NCBI GenBank assembly: GCA_963674595.2
Contig: CAXXFV010000015.1
Span: 224,001-288,000 of the forward strand
Origin: a bacterium
GTDB taxonomy: Bacteria > Zhuqueibacterota > Zhuqueibacteria > Residuimicrobiales > Krinioviventaceae
Reading direction: 5' to 3'
DNA length: 64,000 nucleotides
How positions within the stretch are numbered: the first letter of the stretch is position 1; each line of letters opens with the position of its first letter. Of this stretch, positions 48,272 to 57,958 are shown piece by piece. A program made the translations under genes and the position numbers. The notes below the pieces were generated by a model. The model had not been told where the DNA came from, searched no databases, and worked only from the letters and a program-made list of their open reading frames with translations.

Positions 48272-49189
48272 TTAAGCGACAATAAAATGTTGGACCAGTA
48301 ACGCCACAATAAACAAAACACCATAGGCGGAATGCAACTGGGCCGTTGCCGCATCAATCATAACGAATTGTTTCGGATCGATTTTATCTTTATTGTGGAC
48401 AATTTTTGCAACTTTGATCGCTAACGGCAGCGAAAGGATCGTTACCAGTGTTACAGCGGGCATACCGGCCAGCAGCACCAACAGGACCGTTAAAATATAA
48501 GCCCCAAATACCAGAAAATAATACATTTTTTTAGAACCACTTTCACCGATAGCCATTGCCAGTGTGGTAATTTTTACCTTTTTGTCATTTTCAATGTCTC
48601 TCAGGTTATTACTGTGTAGAACAGCATCGACCAGTAATGCCAGTGGTAAAGCATATAAAACCGGTGACCATGAAAGCTGGGATGTTTGTACAAAATAGGC
48701 GCCCAGGGTCATGGCTGATCCGAATGATACAAATACAGCAATATCTCCCAAAGCATGGTATTTGAACTGGATAGGCCCGGCCGTATAAAAAACGGCAAAA
48801 ATAGCGCCGATTGCAATAATCCAAAGCAGCGTCATACTGTTTGGAATTGTTAATAAAAAGTATAATCCTATTAATCCGGAAATTCCAAATGCTATCCAGG
48901 CGCCTCTTAATACCTGTTTGGGGGTTAACAGTTTTTCCACCAAAACACCGCTTGAGCCGAATGTTCCTTCACGGTCCACTCTTTTTCGATAATCGTAATA
49001 ATCTGATATTAAATTAGAACCAATATGTGCGATAACACACCCTAAAAGGGCCAGTATAAAATAAAACCAGTTGAATTTTAATGAAGGCTGATCAATCGCT
49101 GCCAAGATGCCTCCCAAAACAGGGGGAATAATACTCACCGTTAATGAGAATGGGCGAGCGCCTTGCCACCATATTGCAGTTTTTGTCAC
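48272..49189 (-). CDS. menA: 1,4-dihydroxy-2-naphthoate prenyltransferase (UbiA family)
   Basis: ARPFSL, NLISDYYDYRKRVD, YTAGP..KYHALGD, NNLRDIEND..VKITTLA. Confidence 0.85.
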   Translation of the reverse strand: MTKTAIWWQGARPFSLTVSIIPPVLGGILAAIDQPSLKFNWFYFILALLGCVIAHIGSNLISDYYDYRKRVDREGTFGSSGVLVEKLLTPKQVLRGAWIAFGISGLIGLYFLLTIPNSMTLLWIIAIGAIFAVFYTAGPIQFKYHALGDIAVFVSFGSAMTLGAYFVQTSQLSWSPVLYALPLALLVDAVLHSNNLRDIENDKKVKITTLAMAIGESGSKKMYYFLVFGAYILTVLLVLLAGMPAVTLVTILSLPLAIKVAKIVHNKDKIDPKQFVMIDAATAQLHSAYGVLFIVALLVQHFIVA

Positions 49190-49923
49190 AATATTCCTCC
49201 GTTATTTTTCGTTTTTTCTGCTATAATTAAATGCACAAGACCAAAGAAAAAGGATTGTGTTTCTATTGTTTTAAATTGACATTCATTTAACAGTGTCGAA
49301 AATTCTTCAGGTGTCTTGAACCGCACAATGGATGAAAACAAATACTTGTACGGCCAAATTTGCCCTGTCAGCAAAAAGCCCAAAAGAGGGAATAACGTTT
49401 TTTTATAAATTTTTAACAGCCGGTCAGCAATTTTTGTTTTGGGCTGGAAAAATTCCAGTGCATAAATACGGCCGTTATCGTTTAAAAGACGGTAGAGTTC
49501 TTTAAAATCGTCTTTCAGGTGGGTAAAATTTCGAAAACCAAATGCGCAGATAACTGCGTCAAAAGAGGCATTCGGAAAGGCAAGCCGACTAACAGTGTTT
49601 ACCAGTGAAATTGAATTTTGATGATTTTGTTCTAGTTTTTCTTTACCGATAAACAACATTTCTCTGCTTGGGTCCGTACCGATAATTTTTACGTTTGTGC
49701 ATATTCGTCCGATAGTTATGGCCATATCACCTGTTCCTGTTGCCAAATCCAGAACAAATGTTTTGGATTTACGGGTAGACAAAAAAGATTTCAGGTGTTT
49801 GGCTGTTGCCTTTCTCCAGCGAATATCCTGACCGGCACTGGCAAGATGATTGAACCGGTCATAACCTTGCACCATTGCGCCTTTAAATTCAAAAAAAGTA
49901 TGTTTTTTCATTCTGTTTGTCAT
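49186..49923 (-). CDS. menG: Demethylmenaquinone methyltransferase (UbiE/MenG)
   Basis: YDRFNHLASAGQDIRWR, VLDLATGTGD, AFGFRN, YKYLFSSI. Overlaps the menA start. Confidence 0.85.
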   Translation of the reverse strand: MTNRMKKHTFFEFKGAMVQGYDRFNHLASAGQDIRWRKATAKHLKSFLSTRKSKTFVLDLATGTGDMAITIGRICTNVKIIGTDPSREMLFIGKEKLEQNHQNSISLVNTVSRLAFPNASFDAVICAFGFRNFTHLKDDFKELYRLLNDNGRIYALEFFQPKTKIADRLLKIYKKTLFPLLGFLLTGQIWPYKYLFSSIVRFKTPEEFSTLLNECQFKTIETQSFFFGLVHLIIAEKTKNNGGIL

Positions 49924-50155
49924 GATTTTTATATAACCGAATATAAAATATATTTATTTCATTGTGAATATAATGAAATATAGTGATAGAAAAAAGCAAA
50001 GTCCGTTTCCCGGAAAAATTTATTTATTGATACGGGTATATAGGATGGTATAAAACAGATATTCGTTGTGATTAAATATCCTGGTGCAGTTTTTTTTATG
50101 TTTATTTGGTCGTAAATTAGAATATTTGCTGAAAGGTCTATTGGGATTGACGATT

Positions 50156-52636
50156 TTAATTACTTGTTGGTGAAACGGTTAAAACACATTTTACACCATT
50201 GTCACTTTTCATGGTAAAATTTGCATCGATCTGGCTGGTAAGAGCATTTATTAATGTCAAACCCAGACTTTTGCCGGATAAAATATCGATATTTTCCGGT
50301 AATCCGACACCATTATCAGATAACATGATTTTAAATCCATTTTTAGTTTTTTTCAACTTGATCGTTATCCTGCCGTTTCTGCCATCCGGAAAGGCATGTT
50401 TGATGGAATTTGTAAGCAACTCTGAAATGATCAAACCGATTGGTATTGCAATATTTACCGGTATGGTAATAGTATCAAGCTCGTCTTTAATTACTATTAA
50501 AGATGAAGTGGCTAAAAATGAAGAAATTAACTTTTGCAGATAGTGATCAAGTTGAATTGTATTGATGGATTTTGTTGAATAGAGCAGGTTATATATATCA
50601 GCAACAGCGTTTATTTTTGTTTGAATTTCTTCAAGTTTATCTTTTGCACCAGGTGTTTCACAGGAATTTTTTACAAGGTTTATCATACTGGTGATCATTA
50701 AAAAACTGTTTTTTACCCGATGTTGAAGTTCTTTTAAAAGGTTTTCGTTTTCAAACAGAGCTTTCTGTAATTTTTCTTCTGCTTCTATCTGAGAGCTAAT
50801 ATCATGAATGATTGAATAGAGTAATAATTTACCGTTAAACTCAACCTTTCCCGAATAAACAGCTACGTTTTTTATTTGATTGTTTGCTAATTTATGCCTA
50901 AAGATGAAATAGGTTTTATTGCCTTTTACGGCGTTCCGCATTTCCTCTTTTAACTCTTTTTCGGATAATATGTTTAGATCATTAATTTTTAAAGATGTTA
51001 TTTCATTGTATGTATAACCGTAAAACTCGAGTGCTGAACTATTTGCATCTTTAATTTCTCCGGTTTCAGGATCAATAAGAAGCATATTTGATTTGCTGTT
51101 TGTAAATATGGATCGATAACGTTCTTCGCTTTCTTTTAATGCTTCTTCTGCTTTTTTACGTTCCGTAATGTCGGTACTTATCCCCAACATCCCGATCGGC
51201 TTTTTAAATTCATCATAAATGAGTTGAACTCTGCTGTCAAAGATGATTTTATCTCCATTTGCAGCTATATTAGCAACTTCGCCTCGCCATCGACCGGATC
51301 TGCGAGTTGTTTCTATTATTTTTTCCTGTGTTACACCTTGAAGGGGATCATCCCCATACTGTTTAACACTTTGTTTACCCAACTCTTCTTTTGATTTTTG
51401 AAAAAGCCGACACTCTGCTTCATTAACATATGTAATTTTTCCATCCAAATCAGTCGCTGTAATGGCATCTTGTATTTGGTCCAGTAGTTGTGATTGAAAG
51501 GCAAGTTGTTTTTCTGCCAGTTTACGTTCTGTAATATCATTGGCAAATCCCAGATATCGGGTTTCTGATAGTTTAACAGCTTTGATTTGCCAGAAACAAG
51601 TTTCGCCACTTTTTTTGATATTACGGAATTCTGCTGTTATTGGATTACCATTCTTAATTAAATTTGAAAAAGCTTTAATAGCTGATTGTTTATCTTGTTC
51701 TGCTGTTAACTCTATTGAGTCCATTTTTAACAGTTCATTCCTGGTGTATCCTGTTAGTTCCTCTGCCATTTCATTTATATCAATAAATTTCCTTTTTTCA
51801 TCAACGACTAAAATAGCATAGGGAGCATTTTGGATATAGCTTTTGAATTTTTGTTCACTTTCTTTTAATCGGTTATCTGCTTTTTTACGCTGTGTAATAT
51901 CCCGTCCAATGATTTGAGCTGCTGGTTTACCTTTATAACGAAAAGGCATTCCAATTATTTCAAGAATCCGATCATTACCATCAAAACACTTTATTTGTCT
52001 TTCTATTAATGTTGATTTTACTCCTTTTTTTATAAAATTTGCCCATTTCTCGTCGCTGGGGACGGGTTCATTCGAAGGGATAAATTCACTTATATCGCAT
52101 CCGATGAGTTGTTCCGGCGTATCTGCACCGAGAAGCTTTACTCCTGCTTTATTTATAAATACAATTTTTTTATCTTGAATTATACCAATGAAATCAGGTG
52201 ATATTTCGACAAGCTGGCGATATTGTTCTTCGTTTTCTTTTTGCTGCATTTTTGCTTCAAAAAGTCTAAAAGCCATTTTTATGGATGTTATTAGAACCAT
52301 ATCACCGGAATCTTTTACAATATATCCATAAGATGTTATACCCTCTGTTTTTTGGACGATTTCCGGTTCGGTGTGTGAGGACAAGAATACGATAGGTAAT
52401 TCATGTTTTTGCAGGATTATTTCAGCGGCCCTGGTACCGTCCATTCCTTTGCCCAGGTCAATGTCCATTAATATTAAAGAAATTTTTGAGTCTTTTTCAA
52501 CTGCGGCAATTGCTTTTTCCCCTGTGAAAGCGGCAACAACCTCAAATCCGTGTTGTTCCAGTACCATCGTTTCAGACATGACAATAGCTGCTTCATCTTC
52601 AACCAACAGTATCCTTTTGGGCTCTATTTCTGCCAT
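50156..52636 (-). CDS. Soluble hybrid sensor: receiver, four PAS domains and a HisKA_2-type histidine kinase
   Basis: ILLVEDE/ILMDIDL receiver, repeated DIT(E/Q)RK PAS C-termini, ELQHRVKNS, ELLTNSIKHAF, DNGVG, SLGL. Confidence 0.92.
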   Translation of the reverse strand: MAEIEPKRILLVEDEAAIVMSETMVLEQHGFEVVAAFTGEKAIAAVEKDSKISLILMDIDLGKGMDGTRAAEIILQKHELPIVFLSSHTEPEIVQKTEGITSYGYIVKDSGDMVLITSIKMAFRLFEAKMQQKENEEQYRQLVEISPDFIGIIQDKKIVFINKAGVKLLGADTPEQLIGCDISEFIPSNEPVPSDEKWANFIKKGVKSTLIERQIKCFDGNDRILEIIGMPFRYKGKPAAQIIGRDITQRKKADNRLKESEQKFKSYIQNAPYAILVVDEKRKFIDINEMAEELTGYTRNELLKMDSIELTAEQDKQSAIKAFSNLIKNGNPITAEFRNIKKSGETCFWQIKAVKLSETRYLGFANDITERKLAEKQLAFQSQLLDQIQDAITATDLDGKITYVNEAECRLFQKSKEELGKQSVKQYGDDPLQGVTQEKIIETTRRSGRWRGEVANIAANGDKIIFDSRVQLIYDEFKKPIGMLGISTDITERKKAEEALKESEERYRSIFTNSKSNMLLIDPETGEIKDANSSALEFYGYTYNEITSLKINDLNILSEKELKEEMRNAVKGNKTYFIFRHKLANNQIKNVAVYSGKVEFNGKLLLYSIIHDISSQIEAEEKLQKALFENENLLKELQHRVKNSFLMITSMINLVKNSCETPGAKDKLEEIQTKINAVADIYNLLYSTKSINTIQLDHYLQKLISSFLATSSLIVIKDELDTITIPVNIAIPIGLIISELLTNSIKHAFPDGRNGRITIKLKKTKNGFKIMLSDNGVGLPENIDILSGKSLGLTLINALTSQIDANFTMKSDNGVKCVLTVSPTSN

Positions 52637-52806
52637 AGTTTAAATGCTTTCTTAAAATTAGGGTATATATATTAAATGTTAAACTGCATTTAAATTGTAG
52701 GATGTGCTAAAAATAGTAGTATTTGTAGTTTTAAAATAGAACTAGCTGAAATAGATTTTTGAATAAGAGTATACTTAATATCCGATAATTTTTCAAGTAA
52801 AAATGT

Positions 52807-53499
52807 CTATTTAGTATTTATTTTTTTATACTCTAGAATAATTTTTTCAATCTGACTCATTTCAAAATTATACTTTCTTCTTAAATGACCAAGTTTTTGG
52901 TTGTTTGATATTGTATTTGGCAAGTTTAGGTAATTTTTTAAATAATGAGCTGGGACGTTATATTTATTTGAAACTGTCTGGAGAGTCATAAATCCCTGTA
53001 CCTTAATTGAAGGATCAGGATGATGCAATTCAGGTACATTATTTATGTTTTGTGTTTTATGTTTTACTGTCTGGTTCGCGATTACACTCTGATGATTTGT
53101 GGCATTTCGTCCTTTACTTTGCTCTATTACTTTAATGGTTGGATTTATTAGAAATGGAAAGGAAATTAATAAAACAAGTGTAAAAGTGAAAATGAAAGCG
53201 AAAATGTTTTTGACGGTTTTGTGTAAAAGTCTGTTAAAAATACATATAAATCCCTTCCAATGCAGGATGATGTGCAGGATTAACAATCCGATTAAAATGT
53301 ATCCCACAACTACATGGATTGTCCCCCATTCATGTCTGTCCAGGCCAAACAGGTAAAGCTCAACATTTTGATTGTATTTAGTCCATCTTTGTTGACCGGA
53401 AATAAGCGAGTATTTTATTAAAAATCCAATACCTGCAATAAAAGCCATACACAAGAGCATAAATAAATCAATGATCAAGTTCCATGTCGATTTTTTCAT
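52807..53499 (-). CDS. DUF4405-domain membrane protein
   Basis: Three TM segments, WGTIH...LHIILHW histidine pattern, C-terminal soluble domain. Confidence 0.7.
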   Translation of the reverse strand: MKKSTWNLIIDLFMLLCMAFIAGIGFLIKYSLISGQQRWTKYNQNVELYLFGLDRHEWGTIHVVVGYILIGLLILHIILHWKGFICIFNRLLHKTVKNIFAFIFTFTLVLLISFPFLINPTIKVIEQSKGRNATNHQSVIANQTVKHKTQNINNVPELHHPDPSIKVQGFMTLQTVSNKYNVPAHYLKNYLNLPNTISNNQKLGHLRRKYNFEMSQIEKIILEYKKINTK

Positions 53500-53541
53500 A
53501 ATAAACTCCCAAAAATTATTTTATAAAAGCAATGATGGAAT

Positions 53542-54102
53542 TTATATAAACTGCTTGACAAGGTCAAATTTTTTTTCGTTTGCCAGTTCCAAATGTAAAA
53601 TTCCTCCATAGTCCACACGAATTTTAAAGATCTTAGCAAGAGGAATTTCCAACAGATAGGCCCAGCAGCAACGAATGACCCCGGCATGGGTAATCACCAA
53701 GACTTTATTATAATTTTTTTGTCGCAACATTTCGAAAAATAAAGTTACTCTGTTATATAAACTTATCAAGTTTTCACCGTTTGGTGGTGAAATATGTATA
53801 AAGTTGTTTCCCCATGTATCCAAATCAGATCGATTGATTTTATCCCATTTTTGCATCTCCCAATCGCCAAAATGCATTTCCACAAGATCATCTGATGTAA
53901 TAATATTTTTTGAAAATTGCAGGGCAAGCTGTTTGCATCTTTTTAGCGGGCTCGAGTATACAGCATCAAAATTTTCAGGCAGTTTTGCTTTAATAAGGTG
54001 AAATTCCTTTTTAAAAGTATCTGCTAAATCCAAATCCGATTGTCCATAGCAAATATCTTTTGCAACGTTCACCTGTGTATGCCGAACTAAATAAACTTCC
54101 AT
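53542..54102 (-). CDS. cobC: Alpha-ribazole phosphatase
   Basis: LVRHT, CYGQSD, SSPLKRC, EMHFGDWE, THAGVIR; adjacent to cobS and cobT. Confidence 0.88.
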   Translation of the reverse strand: MEVYLVRHTQVNVAKDICYGQSDLDLADTFKKEFHLIKAKLPENFDAVYSSPLKRCKQLALQFSKNIITSDDLVEMHFGDWEMQKWDKINRSDLDTWGNNFIHISPPNGENLISLYNRVTLFFEMLRQKNYNKVLVITHAGVIRCCWAYLLEIPLAKIFKIRVDYGGILHLELANEKKFDLVKQFI

Positions 54103-54869
54103 ATTATGATCACACTCAAGTAAAATACAATTTCGCTGACTTGCTGGGCCGCTCCTAAACAGTCACCGGTGTATCCGCCAATGTGTTTTTTAAAATAATG
54201 CCCCAGATAAATTTTAGTCACAAAGCCAACAGGCAAAATTAAAAGGAACAGCCAGTTTTTAAATAAAAGAAACGGCAATAAAGTTAAAGCAAAACTGAAT
54301 AATATTTCCCCAAAAGATAATTTTGAAGTTGCAATCGGTTTGGATTTACTTTTATCCAAATCCTGAACATATTCATGCGTATATATCAGCAACGACGACA
54401 TAAAACGACTTGTTGTATGAGCATTGATCAAACAAATTATCATCAGCAATTTACTCACATGGGCAATTTCAAAAAGAGTGAAAAATTTTAATAATAATAA
54501 AAGGCAGATACCGATAGTACCAAAGGCGCCTATCCGGCTGTCTTTCATAATTGTGAGCTTTTGTTCTTTTGTCCAGCCGCCGCCAAATGCATCACAAGTG
54601 TCTGTAAAGCCGTCTTCATGAAAAGCGCCTGTCACATAAATACTCGCAATCATGGAGAGTATAATACCTATGGATATTGGGAAAACGAAACAGGATATCC
54701 AAAATACCAGGGCTGAGATACCTCCGATTATCCAGCCGATAAGCGTAAAATATTTTTGTGATTTGTTCAATAATTCAGTACTGTATTCGATTTTTTTAGG
54801 GCTTGGAATGCGGGTAAAAAACATCAGCGCTGTTAAAAACAAATTGAGCTCTTTATTAATCAAGTTCAT
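54087..54869 (-). CDS. cobS: Adenosylcobinamide-GDP ribazoletransferase
   Basis: FFTRIP, TGAFHEDGFTDTCDAFGG, IMKDSRIGAFG, GGYTGDCLGA. Confidence 0.95.
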   Translation of the reverse strand: MNLINKELNLFLTALMFFTRIPSPKKIEYSTELLNKSQKYFTLIGWIIGGISALVFWISCFVFPISIGIILSMIASIYVTGAFHEDGFTDTCDAFGGGWTKEQKLTIMKDSRIGAFGTIGICLLLLLKFFTLFEIAHVSKLLMIICLINAHTTSRFMSSLLIYTHEYVQDLDKSKSKPIATSKLSFGEILFSFALTLLPFLLFKNWLFLLILPVGFVTKIYLGHYFKKHIGGYTGDCLGAAQQVSEIVFYLSVIIIWKFI

Positions 54870-55876
54870 TTTTTATTTGTGACTCCTGCACTTTGAAAGC
54901 TTGCCATATCGTTTAAAAAGGTTACTGCGCTTTGAATGATCGGATAGACCACAGCACAGCCGGTTCCTTCACCCAATCGCATGTCAAGTTTTAACAACGG
55001 ATCTACGTTTAGACAATCTATTAATAATTTATGTCCCTGCTCCTTTGAAAGATGGCAAAAGATAGCATTGTCTAAAATTTTTGGATTCATTTTACAGGCG
55101 ACCAAAAAGGCACAGGAAGTAATAAAGCCATCGACCATGATGATCATATTATTTTTATAAGCAGCCAGCATTCCCGCACATATTTGGGCTATTTCAAATC
55201 CACCGTAGGTTTGTAAGGCTTTTTGGGGTGTGTTTGCATCATTGCGGTGAAACTCTTTGGCCTTTTCCAATACCTGGATTTTATTTTGATATTGTTTATC
55301 ATTTAATCCGGTACCACGCCCGGTGCATTTTTGTACCGGCAAGTTGCAGAGTGCGCTCATTAACATGGTTGCAGAAGAAGTGTTGCCTATGCCCATTTCT
55401 CCGAATCCGATAATATTGCAGCCATTTTGGTGAATTTGGTTAATTATCATGGTCGCTTTGTTGAAACAATCATCCAATTGGCTTTTTGTCATTGCACTGT
55501 CCGTAAGGAAATTTTTTGTTCCTTTGGCAATTTTTGCATTGATTAGAATCGGATCTTTAGCAAAGTCAGCATTAACTCCGGAGTCGATAACTTTTAAATC
55601 TATATTGTTCTGTCGGCAAAAAACATTAATGGCAGCACCACCTTGTAAAAAATTGATGACCATCTGGTATGTTACTTCCTGTGGGTAGGCGCTTACACCC
55701 TCTTTCGCTATTCCATGGTCTCCGGCAAAAGTTAAGATGGTTGGTTTTTTTAATTCAGGTGAAAGTGTATTTTGAATGGTGCCAATTTGTTGTGCAAGTT
55801 TTTCCAATCGGCCTAATGCGCCCAGAGGTTTTGTTTTTAAATTAATTTTATTAACGAGTTTTTCAGATATATCCAT
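54866..55876 (-). CDS. cobT: Nicotinate-nucleotide-dimethylbenzimidazole phosphoribosyltransferase
   Basis: KTKPLGALGRLE, FAGDHG, GEMGIGNT, DGFI, MRLGEGTG. Confidence 0.96.
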   Translation of the reverse strand: MDISEKLVNKINLKTKPLGALGRLEKLAQQIGTIQNTLSPELKKPTILTFAGDHGIAKEGVSAYPQEVTYQMVINFLQGGAAINVFCRQNNIDLKVIDSGVNADFAKDPILINAKIAKGTKNFLTDSAMTKSQLDDCFNKATMIINQIHQNGCNIIGFGEMGIGNTSSATMLMSALCNLPVQKCTGRGTGLNDKQYQNKIQVLEKAKEFHRNDANTPQKALQTYGGFEIAQICAGMLAAYKNNMIIMVDGFITSCAFLVACKMNPKILDNAIFCHLSKEQGHKLLIDCLNVDPLLKLDMRLGEGTGCAVVYPIIQSAVTFLNDMASFQSAGVTNKK

Positions 55877-55904
55877 TTTGTCGTAAACCTGCTTTTAATT
55901 TTTT

Positions 55905-56336
55905 TTATTTTATCTGGTTCGGTCCTTTACCGATTACCAGTTTCCCGGTATAATAGGCTTGTTTAATTGTCAAAGATTTTTTTATAAACTTTTCCGCGCC
56001 GTCCTTTTTAATGATACACAAATTATATAATTTCATATTATGCGGTAGAACGTCGGCTCTATCAACGGCAGGGGCCAGATTTGAACAGGGAAATTCAGGA
56101 CACTCTGAACAAAACGAGATTTCTTTTTCTTTAGCACATTCAAAAGTGGCACATTTTTCAGTAAGGATTGGACATTTTCCATCAATGTTGTTACAGCCGT
56201 CACAGGGTAAAATATGTTGAGGAATCCCCTTTGAAATTAAAAAATCGGTTAATTGCTGGTCATCCCGGCACATATATAGCTCGCATATACCGCAATCCAG
56301 ACCACAGGGAGCCACCAGTTTTAAGCGGTCATCCAT
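55905..56336 (-). CDS. DUF3795 Cys-rich protein
   Basis: APCGLDCGIC, CDGC, ECAKEKEISFCSECPEFPC. Confidence 0.82.
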   Translation of the reverse strand: MDDRLKLVAPCGLDCGICELYMCRDDQQLTDFLISKGIPQHILPCDGCNNIDGKCPILTEKCATFECAKEKEISFCSECPEFPCSNLAPAVDRADVLPHNMKLYNLCIIKKDGAEKFIKKSLTIKQAYYTGKLVIGKGPNQIK

Positions 56337-56450
56337 CTTGATATTTCCTCCAATTATGATAATGTATTGGAATTTAGTTTTAAGAGAATTTTATGTGTAA
56401 ATATCGTTTTAATTTAATCTTTTAGGGGAAAGAAGCAAGAATGAAAATTT

Positions 56451-56489
56451 GCAAAAAAAAAAAGCCTGTCAAAAATTTTTGACAGGCTT
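56451..56489 (-). terminator. Rho-independent terminator after the HesB-like gene
   Basis: Minus strand AAGCCTGTCAAAAATTTTTGACAGGCTT followed by a long T run. Confidence 0.85.
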
Positions 56490-56509
56490 GGCATTTTTCA
56501 GCATAATAT

Positions 56510-56800
56510 TTAGCAGGACACCCCTCTAAAGGCAACGTAAAACCGACCGCCTAAAAAGGTTTTAATATGGTCTATAATAATCTGTCCGTACATTCTGGAC
56601 ATCGTTTCTATTTGGCTGTCCCAAGTAATTTTGGTTTCGCCTACATCTATTGATTTCTGTGAATCAATATTTTCATTCTCAACCTGAACCAGGCCTAAAC
56701 TTGGACCACCTCATCCATATCCCAACATCACAATTTTATAAACGGATGAGTCTTTTAACTCCTGATAAACTTCTTTTGCGCGCTCTGTTATGGTAATCAT
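56510..56800 (-). CDS. HesB-like selenoprotein (96 aa, Sec30 encoded by TGA at 56713-56711)
   Basis: Not in the ORF track. RBS AAGGAG, then MITITERAKEVYQELKDSSVYKIVMLGYG-U-GGPSLGLVQVENENIDSQKSIDVGETKITWDSQIETMSRMYGQIIIDHIKTFLGGRFYVAFRGVSC-TAA. The frame stays open for 66 codons after the TGA, and a terminator follows. Confidence 0.85.
56677..56699 (-). promoter_or_regulatory. Putative bacterial SECIS hairpin
   Basis: UUUAGGCCUG-GUU-CAGGUUGAGA; the apical loop starts with G, 21 nt after the UGA. Confidence 0.6.
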
Positions 56801-56878
56801 TTTTTCTCCTTATACCATATTAATATATTTATCCATAGTAATTTGATGGAGCAGAAAGCAAAAAGATTCACAAAAGGG

Positions 56879-57877
56879 TTATTCCAATACCGCTTCGGCC
56901 ATTGCTTTGACATTTTCCGGCGGAACATTTGGCAACACCGCTTCATGACTCGGGCTTACAATTAAATTTGGTCCCAATAATTTTTTTACACGATAAACAT
57001 CCTCTTTAACTTGTTGAGGTGTGGCGTTTACCAGCAAGTCCTGCGTGTCGATACCGCCCATAAAAGCAACCCGTCCGCCAAATTCACGTGACAGTGTTTC
57101 GGCATCCATATTTGCTGCTTTGGCCTGCAGGGGATGAAGGCAGTCAACACCCATATTTATCAGCCTGTCGATAACTTTGTATATCGAACCGCATGAATGA
57201 AGAATAACCTGATACCCATGTTCATGCGCCTGTTTTGTAAATTTTTTAAACCAGGGTAGTACAAATTCATCAAACTGGTCCGGACCGCAAATCAAGTCCA
57301 GTTGTGTGCCGAAATCATTACCAAAGAAAAAGCCGTCAACCAGATCTCCGGCCAAATCATAAAAAATTTCATTTGCTTCATAATAGTATTCACAAACACG
57401 GTCTGTTACTGCGTGTACAAGTTCGGGATTTTGGAACATGTTGACAAGATAGGATTCCATCCCAAAAAGGTCCATAACATTGTGATAAAAACACGTCCAT
57501 AAACCGCTGGCCCGATAATAATCCCCAATATTTTTTAAATAATCGATTGTAGCAGTAAAATCCAGATTTTCAGGTTTCGGCCAGTCATAACTATCCAGAT
57601 CACTCATACTTGTTGCATTTGCAAAAGGTCCACTTGTTCCGTGGGCGGTTTTGTTCGGTATATAAAAGGCCCAGTACCCTTCCGGGTGCTGGTAATCACC
57701 GGCAATTTTCCATCGAAAATCATCACCCAGTTTTTGTCGCAGTTCTTCTTCAGAGTTGGTTTTCATGTATTCATGCAGGATTGGCCAGGTTGCCGGATCG
57801 GGATTCCCGAGCCAGAACCCGCATCGGTCGGCTGCTTCGCCTGAAATAATTGTACGTATTCGTTCGCGACTGTTCAT
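56879..57877 (-). CDS. URO-D/MtaA-family protein
   Basis: MNSRERI...ADR, GNDFGTQ, ILHSCGS, LHPLQ, FMGGIDTQ, VSPSHE. Confidence 0.88.
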   Translation of the reverse strand: MNSRERIRTIISGEAADRCGFWLGNPDPATWPILHEYMKTNSEEELRQKLGDDFRWKIAGDYQHPEGYWAFYIPNKTAHGTSGPFANATSMSDLDSYDWPKPENLDFTATIDYLKNIGDYYRASGLWTCFYHNVMDLFGMESYLVNMFQNPELVHAVTDRVCEYYYEANEIFYDLAGDLVDGFFFGNDFGTQLDLICGPDQFDEFVLPWFKKFTKQAHEHGYQVILHSCGSIYKVIDRLINMGVDCLHPLQAKAANMDAETLSREFGGRVAFMGGIDTQDLLVNATPQQVKEDVYRVKKLLGPNLIVSPSHEAVLPNVPPENVKAMAEAVLE

Positions 57878-57958
57878 TTATGGCTCCAATTATGATTTAA
57901 AAATTTGCATCAAATATATAATGATTATAGATGGGAATCAACAACTATCTTGAAACTT

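Noticed and set aside
56337-56450. Cobalamin riboswitch upstream of DUF3795-cobT
   Set aside because: Short AT-rich spacer with no B12-box or conserved core recognisable by eye.
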